Origin: Hufsiella ginkgonis
GTDB taxonomy: Bacteria; Bacteroidota; Bacteroidia; Sphingobacteriales; Sphingobacteriaceae
Direction: 5' to 3'
DNA length: 64,000 bases
NCBI RefSeq assembly: GCF_009834915.1
Contig: NZ_WVHS01000003.1
Coordinates: forward strand, 589,988 to 653,987
Each line of letters opens with the position of its first letter. The stretch's first letter is position 1. The position numbers and the translations under genes were made by a program. Shown here piece after piece: positions 1 through 10,777 of this stretch. The notes below the pieces were generated by a model. That model saw only the letters and a program-made list of their open reading frames with translations. It made no database searches and was not told the origin of the DNA.

Positions 1-281
1 AGGATATAAGCGAGCGGCAGCAGTCCGTCTATCCAGTAAGGTCCGCGTTCCCATTGGTCGCCATCGCCGCCAAGCCAGCCGTTTCGCTGGTCCATCACCT
101 TGGGATACAGCTTATCGAGATTCCCGGTGGCGCCGTTCTTCTGGCGTACCAGCATCTCCCTCAGCCAGCCTTTCGGTTTAATGGCGCCTAACGGCAGTTC
201 CTGGTAGGGGTTTTGACGCAGCGGCTGACCCATAGCAGGAATCGCCAGGCTTAGGATCAAAAGCTGGAACAGGATTTTCAT
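1..281 (-). CDS. Partial (N-terminal part only; 3' end outside window) secreted protein, glycoside hydrolase family 127 / DUF1680-like (beta-L-arabinofuranosidase-like)
   Basis: Reverse-strand ATG at 279-281; translation MKILFQLLILSLAIPAMGQ (signal peptide) ...GWLGGDGDQWERGPYWIDGLLPLAY, which resembles the conserved GH127/DUF1680 N-terminus. Runs off the window start. Confidence 0.5.
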   Translation of the reverse strand, partial: MKILFQLLILSLAIPAMGQPLRQNPYQELPLGAIKPKGWLREMLVRQKNGATGNLDKLYPKVMDQRNGWLGGDGDQWERGPYWIDGLLPLAYI

Positions 282-800
282 TTAATTCGGTTATGTTGCC
301 ACAAGATAATACATAAGACGCCGCTAACCAACGAGTCCTCTTTATTTTTATGAAAGGGTATGGGTTTTACTCGCGGGAATCGTGCTCCTGTCAGGCGAAA
401 GAACGTTCGCGCAAGCTGCGGACAGCGTAAATACATCGCAGGTAAAAATGCTGTTATGTCGCCGTTTAATACTGCATGACAGCACAGGCGGAGATCTATT
501 AAAAGCTTCTACGCGCCGGGCCAAACAGGCACGTTCCAGGTTTTCCTCCAGGGCATTACCGCCAACGGCGGACCGTAAGCAAAACGGTCACGTTCGGAGT
601 GAAAATATAAATAACTGCTGAGACGACGATATCGCTGGGAGGGAGAAACGTAGCTTCCTGTAAGTGATAGTAATAAAACGGGAATATAACAGTTTATCTT
701 CCAGGATCACCAATGTGAAAATTTGTTAAAAAACGCAGGCCTGACCATGCTTTGTGACAGGTTGCTTATATTTAGCACGTGTTCACTTATTTTGCCTTTG

Positions 801-3524
801 ATGAAGATCAGACAAACTCTCGCCATACTAACCATTCTGCTGTGTTGTGTGCTGCCCGCTTTCTCGCAGCGCGACAGCGTTTCGCTCAGCACCGTTATTA
901 ATAAAACCAACACCCTCATGGAGTCGCGCCCGCTCGAAAAGGTGTACCTGCATTTCGACAAACCGTATTACGCTATTAATGATACGATCTGGTTTAAAGC
1001 GTACCTCACCTTCGGGTTGCACCAGCCGTCGGAATTGAGCAAGATCGTGTATGTAGACATCATCAGCAGCCGCGATTCACTGGTAAGGACCCTGATGCTT
1101 CCGGTCAAGGACGGCGCAGCCACGGGATCTGTACCGCTCACACCGCCCATGTTTAAGCAAGATAACTATCACATAAAGGCGTACACTAAATGGATGGCGA
1201 ATTTCGACCAGGCTTACTTTTTTAATAAAACCATCAGCGTCGGAAATTCCATCAACAAACAGGTAACGTCGCGCGTGGCCTTTAAAAGAAGCGTGAGCAA
1301 CAATATTCCCCAGGTAAGCGCTTCCATTACTTACAACGATCCGGACGGTAACCCCTATACGAATAAGAAAGTGAACTGGGTGATCACTTCGGGTTTTGAC
1401 GAGATCGCCAAAGGCAGGGAAACCACGGACGACAAAGGGTTGCTTACCATCAATTTTGCAAACACCCGCTCGCTGGACCTCGCGGGAGCCGTTCTCACCA
1501 CCACGCTGGATGCCGGCAATAAAAAGGAATACGACCAGGTTTATCCGCTCAAATCTGTAGCGGCCCCCAACGATGTGCAGTTTTTTCCCGAAGGTGGCAG
1601 CCTGATCGGCAGCATCCGGTCGAAAGTAGCCGTTAAAGCCATTCAATCGAACGGTTTGGGCACAGACTTTAGTGCCACGGTAACCGACAATTCGGGAGCA
1701 TCTATCACTACATTCGATTCACAGCATGCGGGGCTCGGCGCCTTTGTGTTCACGCCCGATGCGGGGAAGAGTTATAAGGTAAACGTAGATTTTAAAGACG
1801 GCACCAGGGGGAGCTACGATCTTCCCCGCGTCCGCGCCAGCGGGATATTGCTCAGCGCCAGCGTTACCGATACCAGTAAGATCTTTATCAGGCTTACCGC
1901 CGACTCTACGTACTTTAAGAGCCGCATGGGGCAGACTTTTTATGTGCTCGGTAAAAGCGGCCAGGTCATTTGTTACGCCGCGCAGATCAGCCTTAATAGC
2001 CCTTCCTTCTCCGCCTATATCCCTACCGGGAAGTTTCCGTCGGGCGTCGTTCAGATCACGCTGATGAGCAATACCGGCATCCCGCTAAGCGAGCGCGTGG
2101 TGTTTGTATCGCACAAAGACCAGCTCGGGCTTACGGTAGCTTCCGATAAGCCTGTTTATGGCCGGAGGCAGAAGGTTAAGCTCAGCATCACCGCAAAGAA
2201 CAGCGTTACCCCGGCATTTGCCGATCTCTCGCTCTCCGTGATTGATGAAACCAGGATACCTGTAAATGAAAGCACAGAAACGACCATTTTGTCGCATCTC
2301 CTGCTTTCATCCGACCTGAAAGGTTATATCGAGAACCCGAACTATTATTTCAGGCAGGTGACCGAAAAAACCATGGCCGATCTAGACCTGCTGATGCTTA
2401 CCCAAGGCTACCGGCGATTCACTTACCAGGAAATATTATCAGGCAAGATCCCTCCGGTGGTGTATTTGCCGGAGCAGGGCATCGAACTTACCGGTACCCT
2501 GCGCGCGCTGGATGGCCGGCCATTCAAAGGCGGGGTATTAAACCTTTCCATCCCCGATAAATACTATTCCGCACGGGCGGTGAGCGATGCAGAGGGCAAG
2601 TTTAAATTCCCCAACCTGGCGTTTGCAGATTCGGCACAGGTGATTGTGAGCGCAAAAGGCAATTACAACGCCAAAAGCCTGATGGTGATGATGGATGGTA
2701 CCGCTTACCCGGCCGTAGAGAAGAACCCGAATTACCCGGACGAGCGCCTCAATATCGACACCATGATGGTAAACTACCTGCAGAACGTTAAGAAGATCTA
2801 TGAAAGCTCGCGCGTGCTGAAGGAGATCACGATCACCTCTAAAGCGCCTAAAAAAACCACCACGGTACATACCGACTACCCGGCGCTTACCGGCCTGAGT
2901 CCTAATGCGGACCATGTGATCAACGGCGACCGCCTGACGGGCTGCAACAACGTGCTCACCTGTTTGCAAACGATGGCATTTGGTGTGACGCTGGTAGACA
3001 ACGTGTTTTATGTTGCGCGTGATTATAATGCCGGCCAACGCATACCGATGGCGGTTTTCGTGAAAGGTATGCCGGTGGACGTTTCCTACCTGATGTCGCT
3101 TAACCCAGCAGAAATAGAATCGGTGGAGATCTTTTTGAAAGACGACCTCGGCCTGGTAAACCGTGCTTACCAAACCAACGGCGTACTGGTGATCAACACC
3201 AAAACAGCCCCCAAAGGCACCAAGATCAGCCTGCAGGAGTTACAGGATATCATAGGCCAGCCAAGCGTCGCGAAAATGTCGCCCAAAGGCTATGACTTTG
3301 CCAAGGTATTTTATGTGCCTAAATACGTGGTTGGCACCAATACTTTTGGTCCCGACCTCCGGACCACCATTTTCTGGAACCCCAAAGTGCTAACGGATGC
3401 CGCCGGCAAGGCTTCGGCCGAGTTCTTTAGTGCCGATAACAAGGGCACCTACCGCGCGGTAGTAGAAGGTATAGATAAAGAAGGCCGCATCGGCCGTACC
3501 GTTTATCGTTTTAAAGTAGAATAA
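801..3524 (+). CDS. Large secreted protein (about 907 aa) with MG2/alpha-2-macroglobulin-like or carboxypeptidase-regulatory-like beta-sandwich repeats; function unknown
   Basis: ORF 723..3524 begins with a TTG; the more likely start is ATG at 801 giving MKIRQTLAILTILLCCVLPAFSQ (signal peptide). Motif KVYLHFDKPYYAINDTIWFKAY is typical of Bacteroidota MG2-like proteins. No TonB box seen. Confidence 0.7.
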   Translation: MKIRQTLAILTILLCCVLPAFSQRDSVSLSTVINKTNTLMESRPLEKVYLHFDKPYYAINDTIWFKAYLTFGLHQPSELSKIVYVDIISSRDSLVRTLMLPVKDGAATGSVPLTPPMFKQDNYHIKAYTKWMANFDQAYFFNKTISVGNSINKQVTSRVAFKRSVSNNIPQVSASITYNDPDGNPYTNKKVNWVITSGFDEIAKGRETTDDKGLLTINFANTRSLDLAGAVLTTTLDAGNKKEYDQVYPLKSVAAPNDVQFFPEGGSLIGSIRSKVAVKAIQSNGLGTDFSATVTDNSGASITTFDSQHAGLGAFVFTPDAGKSYKVNVDFKDGTRGSYDLPRVRASGILLSASVTDTSKIFIRLTADSTYFKSRMGQTFYVLGKSGQVICYAAQISLNSPSFSAYIPTGKFPSGVVQITLMSNTGIPLSERVVFVSHKDQLGLTVASDKPVYGRRQKVKLSITAKNSVTPAFADLSLSVIDETRIPVNESTETTILSHLLLSSDLKGYIENPNYYFRQVTEKTMADLDLLMLTQGYRRFTYQEILSGKIPPVVYLPEQGIELTGTLRALDGRPFKGGVLNLSIPDKYYSARAVSDAEGKFKFPNLAFADSAQVIVSAKGNYNAKSLMVMMDGTAYPAVEKNPNYPDERLNIDTMMVNYLQNVKKIYESSRVLKEITITSKAPKKTTTVHTDYPALTGLSPNADHVINGDRLTGCNNVLTCLQTMAFGVTLVDNVFYVARDYNAGQRIPMAVFVKGMPVDVSYLMSLNPAEIESVEIFLKDDLGLVNRAYQTNGVLVINTKTAPKGTKISLQELQDIIGQPSVAKMSPKGYDFAKVFYVPKYVVGTNTFGPDLRTTIFWNPKVLTDAAGKASAEFFSADNKGTYRAVVEGIDKEGRIGRTVYRFKVE

Positions 3525-4027
3525 TGGCTGCTCAAAATGCGGGGTACTGGATAGAAGCACTCCAGCTGCTGCCTCATCCCGAAGGTGGATTCTATAAAGA
3601 GGTCTTCCGTTCACCGGGCGAGGTGCTCAGGACCGGCGAGTCGATTCCCCGGCAGGCGTTTACCTCGATCTATTACCTGCTTGAAGGAGCGGATTATTCC
3701 GGGTTCCACCGGATCGCGTCAGACGAAATATGGTATTTCCACAAAGGTGATCCGCTGGTGATCCATATCATTGGCGCGGCAGGTGAGCTTATCAGCAGGG
3801 AACTTTCTGACCAGCCGGGCGGTAATTTGTCCGTCACCGTTCCCGCGGGTTTGTGGTTCGCCGCGGAACTGCCCGGTAAACAGGGCTTCACACTGGCCAG
3901 CTGTGCCGTTGCGCCAGGTTTCGATTTCCGCGAATTTGAAATGGCTAGCCGGTTGCAGCTTGCAGCCGACCATCCTGTGCATGCGGCGCTCATAAACCGC
4001 CTTTGCCGGGAACAGGGCACGGATTAG
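3524..4027 (+). CDS. Cupin-fold protein, DUF985 family
   Basis: MAAQNAGYWIEALQLLPHPEGGFYKEVFRS... matches the DUF985 cupin N-terminus. ATG overlaps the upstream stop (TAATG), suggesting translational coupling. Confidence 0.8.
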   Translation: MAAQNAGYWIEALQLLPHPEGGFYKEVFRSPGEVLRTGESIPRQAFTSIYYLLEGADYSGFHRIASDEIWYFHKGDPLVIHIIGAAGELISRELSDQPGGNLSVTVPAGLWFAAELPGKQGFTLASCAVAPGFDFREFEMASRLQLAADHPVHAALINRLCREQGTD

Positions 4028-4983
4028 CCGTTGCTGAGCTGGGTTTTGGCGGCTTTTTTAGTACCCCTGTACTTTGAAAGGTTGATGAGCAACACGCTTC
4101 CCAGGATAATGGCCAATCCCAGTACCTGGATGACGGTAATGCTTTCCCCGGCAAACACTACACCCAATATCACCGCAACTACCGGGTTAACATACCCGTA
4201 AGTGCTTACCTGCGTAGCCGAACGTACTTTTAACAGCCACACATAAGCGCTAAACCCCGCGATAGATCCAAATACCACCAGGTATGCCGTAGCCAGCCAG
4301 GCATCTGCCGGTACGGCGGCCGCATTAAAAGACCCCAGCTCTTTCCCGATGACCGAACCGGGCATAAAAGCGATGCCTGCCGCCAGCATCTGCCAGGCAG
4401 AAGTAACGGTAGTGGAACTGTCGCCCTGGTGATATTTTGAGTAAAGGGAGCCCCCGGCCCACGTTGCGGAGCCGAGCATGAGCAGGGCAAGCGCACCCGC
4501 ACCCGCCTGGACGGCATCGCCGTGAATGGCTGCGGTGATCTTCTCGTAAAAAAGCAGGATAACGCCTGCAAAACCGATCAGCAAGCCGAAGATGGTATTG
4601 CGGCTGCTGAAGTTCTCCCGCCATTTCGGTTTATCGAGCAATACGAACCACAGCGGAGCGGCCGAAACGAGGATCGCTACCAGGGCGCTCGGCAGGTGTT
4701 GCTCCACCCAGATCACGATGCCATTGCCAATAAAAAGCATCAGGAAACCAGAAACCGATGCATGCAGGACAGTTTTCCTGTTGAAAACATCCTCTTTGCG
4801 CACCAGGCACCAGGCAAGCATCATAAGGCCTGAAGCCATAAACCTGATCGCACCCAGCAGGAACGGGGGAATCTCGTGAACCGCTATGCGGATGAAAAAA
4901 TAAGTGGACCCCCATACGATATACACGGTTGCAAAAGCGACGATAACGGCGACGGATGAAACAGGTTTAGCGGCAGGTGTCAT
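4024..4983 (-). CDS. DMT-superfamily (EamA-like) transporter
   Basis: Roughly ten TM helices with two EamA-like halves (VWGSTYFFIRIAV...). I chose the internal ATG at 4983 (MTPAAKPVSS..) because the 342-aa ORF from 5052 would overlap the downstream ABC-F gene. Confidence 0.75.
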   Translation of the reverse strand: MTPAAKPVSSVAVIVAFATVYIVWGSTYFFIRIAVHEIPPFLLGAIRFMASGLMMLAWCLVRKEDVFNRKTVLHASVSGFLMLFIGNGIVIWVEQHLPSALVAILVSAAPLWFVLLDKPKWRENFSSRNTIFGLLIGFAGVILLFYEKITAAIHGDAVQAGAGALALLMLGSATWAGGSLYSKYHQGDSSTTVTSAWQMLAAGIAFMPGSVIGKELGSFNAAAVPADAWLATAYLVVFGSIAGFSAYVWLLKVRSATQVSTYGYVNPVVAVILGVVFAGESITVIQVLGLAIILGSVLLINLSKYRGTKKAAKTQLSNG

Positions 4984-4993
4984 GATTAACGGG

Positions 4994-7242
<2,249 letters not shown>

Positions 7243-7245
7243 GAA

Positions 7246-7695
7246 ATGACCATTAAAGAGCAACTATACCAGTATTGCCTGGAATATACGGAGGTACGCA
7301 TCGCGGAAGCAAAACGCGCCATCGCCGAAGTACAGGAAGCCTCCCGTTCGGAGACCAAAAGCAGTGCGGGCGACAAATATGAGACCGGCCGCGCGATGAT
7401 CCAGCAGGAGATCGACAGGAACCAGGCCCAGCTTTACGAGGCCGGGAAACTAAAAGCCGTGCTCGATCAGCTTAGCAGCACCGGTCAAACCAATGTAGTG
7501 CATGCCGGCAGCCTCGTTATAACCGACCGGGGAAATTTCTACATCGCCATCAGTGCCGGTAAAACAGTCATTGATGGCCAGGATTATTACACCATTTCGC
7601 TCGCTTCACCACTGGGTGCAAAACTGGCTGGTTTAGTGATTGGTAAGCAGGCGCTACTAAACGGTAAATGTTTTCGTGTAAAAGAGGTTTTATGA
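7246..7695 (+). CDS. GreA/GreB-family-like protein (coiled coil plus FKBP-like C-terminal domain)
   Basis: N-terminal coiled coil; C-terminal ISLASPLGAKLAGLVIGKQ...FRVKEV resembles the GreA C-terminal domain motif (SIESPLARALIGKKVGD). Confidence 0.65.
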   Translation: MTIKEQLYQYCLEYTEVRIAEAKRAIAEVQEASRSETKSSAGDKYETGRAMIQQEIDRNQAQLYEAGKLKAVLDQLSSTGQTNVVHAGSLVITDRGNFYIAISAGKTVIDGQDYYTISLASPLGAKLAGLVIGKQALLNGKCFRVKEVL

Positions 7696-7733
7696 GGAGC
7701 GATGTTCTATATTCGCTTAAAATTGACTAACTA

Positions 7734-8678
7734 ATGGACAATTATACTTATCTGATTGTGATCGGCATACTCGTGCTTATCGCATTTTTATCTTTCGTTA
7801 CGGTGCGGCAGGGAACAGTGGCCGTGATTACGATCTTTGGCAAGTATCATCGTATCCTGCAGCCCGGGTTGAATTTTAAGATCCCGCTGATAGAGGTGAT
7901 CTACAGCCGGATCTCTATTCAGAACCGATCTGTGGAGCTTGAATTCCAGGCGGTTACAGTGGACCAGGCGAACGTATACTTCAAAGCGATGCTTTTATAT
8001 TCGGTATTTAATCAAAGCGAGGAAGCGATCAAGAACGTAGCTTTTAAGTTCGTTGACGAGCGCAACCTGATGCAGGCGCTGATCCGTACCGTGGAAGGCT
8101 CGATCCGCGCTTTCGTGGCAACAAAAAAGCAAGCCGACGTATTAATTCTACGCAAGGATATTGTGGAGCATGTGAAAGACCAGATAGACCAGACACTGGA
8201 AGACTGGGGTTATCACCTGCAGGATCTTCAGCTGAACGACATTACCTTCGACGAGGTGATCATGAAGTCCATGAGCCAGGTTGTGGCTTCCAATAACCTG
8301 AAAGCTGCCGCCGAAAATGAAGGCCAGGCACTGCTGATCACCAAAACGAAAGGGGCGGAGGCAGAAGGCAATGCCATTAAGATCGCTGCGGAAGCCGAAC
8401 GGCAGGCGGCACAGCTAAGGGGGCAGGGGATCGCGCTGTTCCGCGAAGAAGTGGCCAAGGGGATGTCGGTGGCAGCTAAAGAAATGCAGCAGGCAAATAT
8501 GGATACTTCGGTGATCCTCTTTACGATGTGGACAGAAGCGATCAAGCATTTTTCGGAGAATTCGAAAGGTAACGTGATATTCCTCGACGGTTCCACCGAT
8601 GGCATGAAACGGAACGTACAGGAGCTGATGAGCGTTAACATGATGAGCAAAGATCTCGAAGCTAAGAAAGAGAAATAA
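7734..8678 (+). CDS. SPFH/band-7 domain protein (stomatin/prohibitin-like), N-terminal TM anchor
   Basis: TM helix then VRQGTVAVITIFGKYHRILQPGLNFKIPLIEVI... SPFH domain; C-terminal coiled-coil/Ala-rich region. Confidence 0.85.
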   Translation: MDNYTYLIVIGILVLIAFLSFVTVRQGTVAVITIFGKYHRILQPGLNFKIPLIEVIYSRISIQNRSVELEFQAVTVDQANVYFKAMLLYSVFNQSEEAIKNVAFKFVDERNLMQALIRTVEGSIRAFVATKKQADVLILRKDIVEHVKDQIDQTLEDWGYHLQDLQLNDITFDEVIMKSMSQVVASNNLKAAAENEGQALLITKTKGAEAEGNAIKIAAEAERQAAQLRGQGIALFREEVAKGMSVAAKEMQQANMDTSVILFTMWTEAIKHFSENSKGNVIFLDGSTDGMKRNVQELMSVNMMSKDLEAKKEK

Positions 8679-8694
8679 ACATATACAGGAGGGC

Positions 8695-9657
8695 GTGATG
8701 AAAAAGGCCGTGTTGCTAGTACTATTGGTTTTAGTGGTATCGTTGCTGCGGGCACAACCTAAAGAAACCCTGATCGTGTTAAACAAATCCGGCAATACCC
8801 TGGTATTTGTCGACCCGGCCGGGATGAAGGTACTTAAAACGTTGTCAACCGGCGACGGGCCTCATGAGGTTGCCATTTCCGGCGACAATAAGCTGGCCTA
8901 TGTCTCTAACTACGGGAGCCAGCAAGGCGGAAACTCGATCGATGTTTTTGATATCCCAGGCCAGGTGTTTGTTAAAAGGATCGACGTGGGGGCGCTGCAG
9001 CGTCCGCATGGCCTTTTTGAAAAAGCGGGTAAGTTGTACTTCACCTGTGAAGGAAGCAAGCTGGTGGCCCGCTACGATCACCAGTCGGGTAAGATCGACT
9101 GGAAAGCGGAAACCGGGCAGCAGGCAACGCATATGATAGTGGTTACGCCAGACGGAGAACGTTTATATACCGCCAATATTCAGTCCAATAGCGTGTCTGT
9201 GATCGAGGTGGCCAACCCGGCGAAGAACAGCATCGTTCCTGTAGAACCAAAACCGGAAGGTATCGATATTTCACCGGACGGTAAATTGGTTTGGGTAGGA
9301 CACAACGACGATGGCAGCATTTCTGAAATAGAAACCGCGGGCAATAAAGTGACCGGCACTTTTAAGATAGGCAAAATGCCTATCCGGGTGAAGTTTGCCC
9401 CTAACCAGCAATTTGCGCTTGCCGTAGACAACGCCGGGGAGGAACTGATCATGATCGATATACGTACGCACGCGGTGCTGAGGCGTCTTAAGCTCGATGG
9501 CTCGCCTGTCGGGATGGTGATCTCCAAAGACAGCAAATATGTGTATGTGTCGCGTACCCGGCAAAATCGCGTGAGCAAGATCGATCTCGGGAAATTTGAG
9601 GTAGCGGCTTCTGTAGAAACGGGCTCCAATCCCGATGGGATCAACCTGGCCTACTAA
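8695..9657 (+). CDS. Secreted YVTN/YncE-like 7-bladed beta-propeller protein
   Basis: Signal peptide MMKKAVLLVLLVLVVSLLRAQ; repeated ...YVSNYGSQ..SIDVFD / LYTANIQSNSVSVI / KYVYVSRTRQNRVSKIDL blades. Confidence 0.8.
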   Translation: MMKKAVLLVLLVLVVSLLRAQPKETLIVLNKSGNTLVFVDPAGMKVLKTLSTGDGPHEVAISGDNKLAYVSNYGSQQGGNSIDVFDIPGQVFVKRIDVGALQRPHGLFEKAGKLYFTCEGSKLVARYDHQSGKIDWKAETGQQATHMIVVTPDGERLYTANIQSNSVSVIEVANPAKNSIVPVEPKPEGIDISPDGKLVWVGHNDDGSISEIETAGNKVTGTFKIGKMPIRVKFAPNQQFALAVDNAGEELIMIDIRTHAVLRRLKLDGSPVGMVISKDSKYVYVSRTRQNRVSKIDLGKFEVAASVETGSNPDGINLAY

Positions 9658-9859
9658 GGTTGAGTTATTCTCAATAAAATGAGGAGAAATAGGACAATTG
9701 GTAAGGGTCGGGTTTCGGAGATATCAAAGCAGAATAATTTCTCAGAGAAAAGATGCACACTTTATAACCGGCGTTATGGATGGCATTGATAAGAAACAAC
9801 AAGAGCGGTTCTTTGCCATCATCGCCGCGTTACCGGCCATCATTAATTTCGGATTGCCG

Positions 9860-9891
9860 CGTAAATAGCTTCTCTCTAGAAGCTATTTACG
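9860..9891. repeat. Perfect 14-bp inverted repeat (cgtaaatagcttct / agaagctatttacg, 4-nt loop) overlapping the stop codon of the deacetylase gene
   Basis: Read directly from the sequence. Stem 9860-9873 pairs with 9878-9891. No U-tract follows on either strand, so it is not a canonical intrinsic terminator. Confidence 0.4.
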
Positions 9892-10745
9892 ATACTGTTC
9901 CTCAATGTTTTCGAAGTCCAGTAGCCGCTGGCGATGATCCGCCGGATGGTGAATAACGGATCATCCAGGTCGCGTTTTTCTGCTAACGCGAACGCGGCGA
10001 TAAAACCTCTCTTTTTGAGCTCGGGAATGCCTTTCGCGTTCCATAAACCAAATGGGTAAGCGAAGTAAGTGATCTTTTTCCCGGTGATCTCCTCCAGTTT
10101 TTTGGTCGGTTTTTCGATCTGGGTTACCCAATCTTCGCCCTCGTACTTTTTAAAGTTGTGGTGGTCCCATGTGTGGCTGCCGATCACGTGACCGGCATCA
10201 GACAGGATCTTGATCTGTTCCTTTGTCATGTAGTTTGGCCGCCCGATGGACACGGTCATGATAAAGAACACCCCTTTGAAGCCATATTTTTTCATTTCGG
10301 GAGCGGCTATGGTGAACTGGTCGAGGTCTGTATCGTCAAACGTCAGCATGATCGGTTTAGAAGGCAGCGCGGCGCCGGTGGTGAGGTAGTTGTATAGCTG
10401 ATCGGGCAGGATGGTGTGGTACCCGCTATCGGCCAGCATTTTCAGGTGCCCGCGGAACGTATCGGTGGGTACGATATAATCTTTAGCGGCTTTGGAGTCT
10501 TTTGCCCGCCAGTCGCGAATCTGGTGATAACACAGGATAGGCACCTGTTTGCGCGCATAAATGGTGGCCGCGTTGGCAGCCTTTCCCGGAACTTGCGCCT
10601 GCGCAGGAGCCGCACCACCTGGGGCAGCGGTTTCAGTGGTCGTTGAATCTTTCGTGTCTTTCGGTTCTTTCGACGCCGAAGAAGAGGTGCAGGCACCAAA
10701 AAGTAAGGGAAGGGCGAACAGGATCGCCGGGATGATTTTTTTCAT
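9876..10745 (-). CDS. Polysaccharide deacetylase (NodB/CE4-like) lipoprotein
   Basis: Lipobox MKKIIPAILFALPLLFGACTSS; low-complexity linker; NodB-like motifs (LTFDDTD..., HTWDHHNF). Confidence 0.85.
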   Translation of the reverse strand: MKKIIPAILFALPLLFGACTSSSASKEPKDTKDSTTTETAAPGGAAPAQAQVPGKAANAATIYARKQVPILCYHQIRDWRAKDSKAAKDYIVPTDTFRGHLKMLADSGYHTILPDQLYNYLTTGAALPSKPIMLTFDDTDLDQFTIAAPEMKKYGFKGVFFIMTVSIGRPNYMTKEQIKILSDAGHVIGSHTWDHHNFKKYEGEDWVTQIEKPTKKLEEITGKKITYFAYPFGLWNAKGIPELKKRGFIAAFALAEKRDLDDPLFTIRRIIASGYWTSKTLRNSIVNSF

Positions 10746-10777
10746 AGGGTGGTAAGATAGTAATAGGTACCGTACAG

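Noticed and set aside
382-621. 79-aa ORF in the intergenic region upstream of the large secreted protein
   Set aside because: No homology. Its basic, Arg/Ser-rich translation resembles out-of-frame sequence. More likely a promoter/leader region.
2538-3173. 211-aa His/Arg-rich ORF on the minus strand inside the 907-aa secreted-protein gene
   Set aside because: It is antisense to a gene with clear coding signal and a recognisable family, its composition is GC third-position driven, and no start context is evident. Typical shadow ORF.
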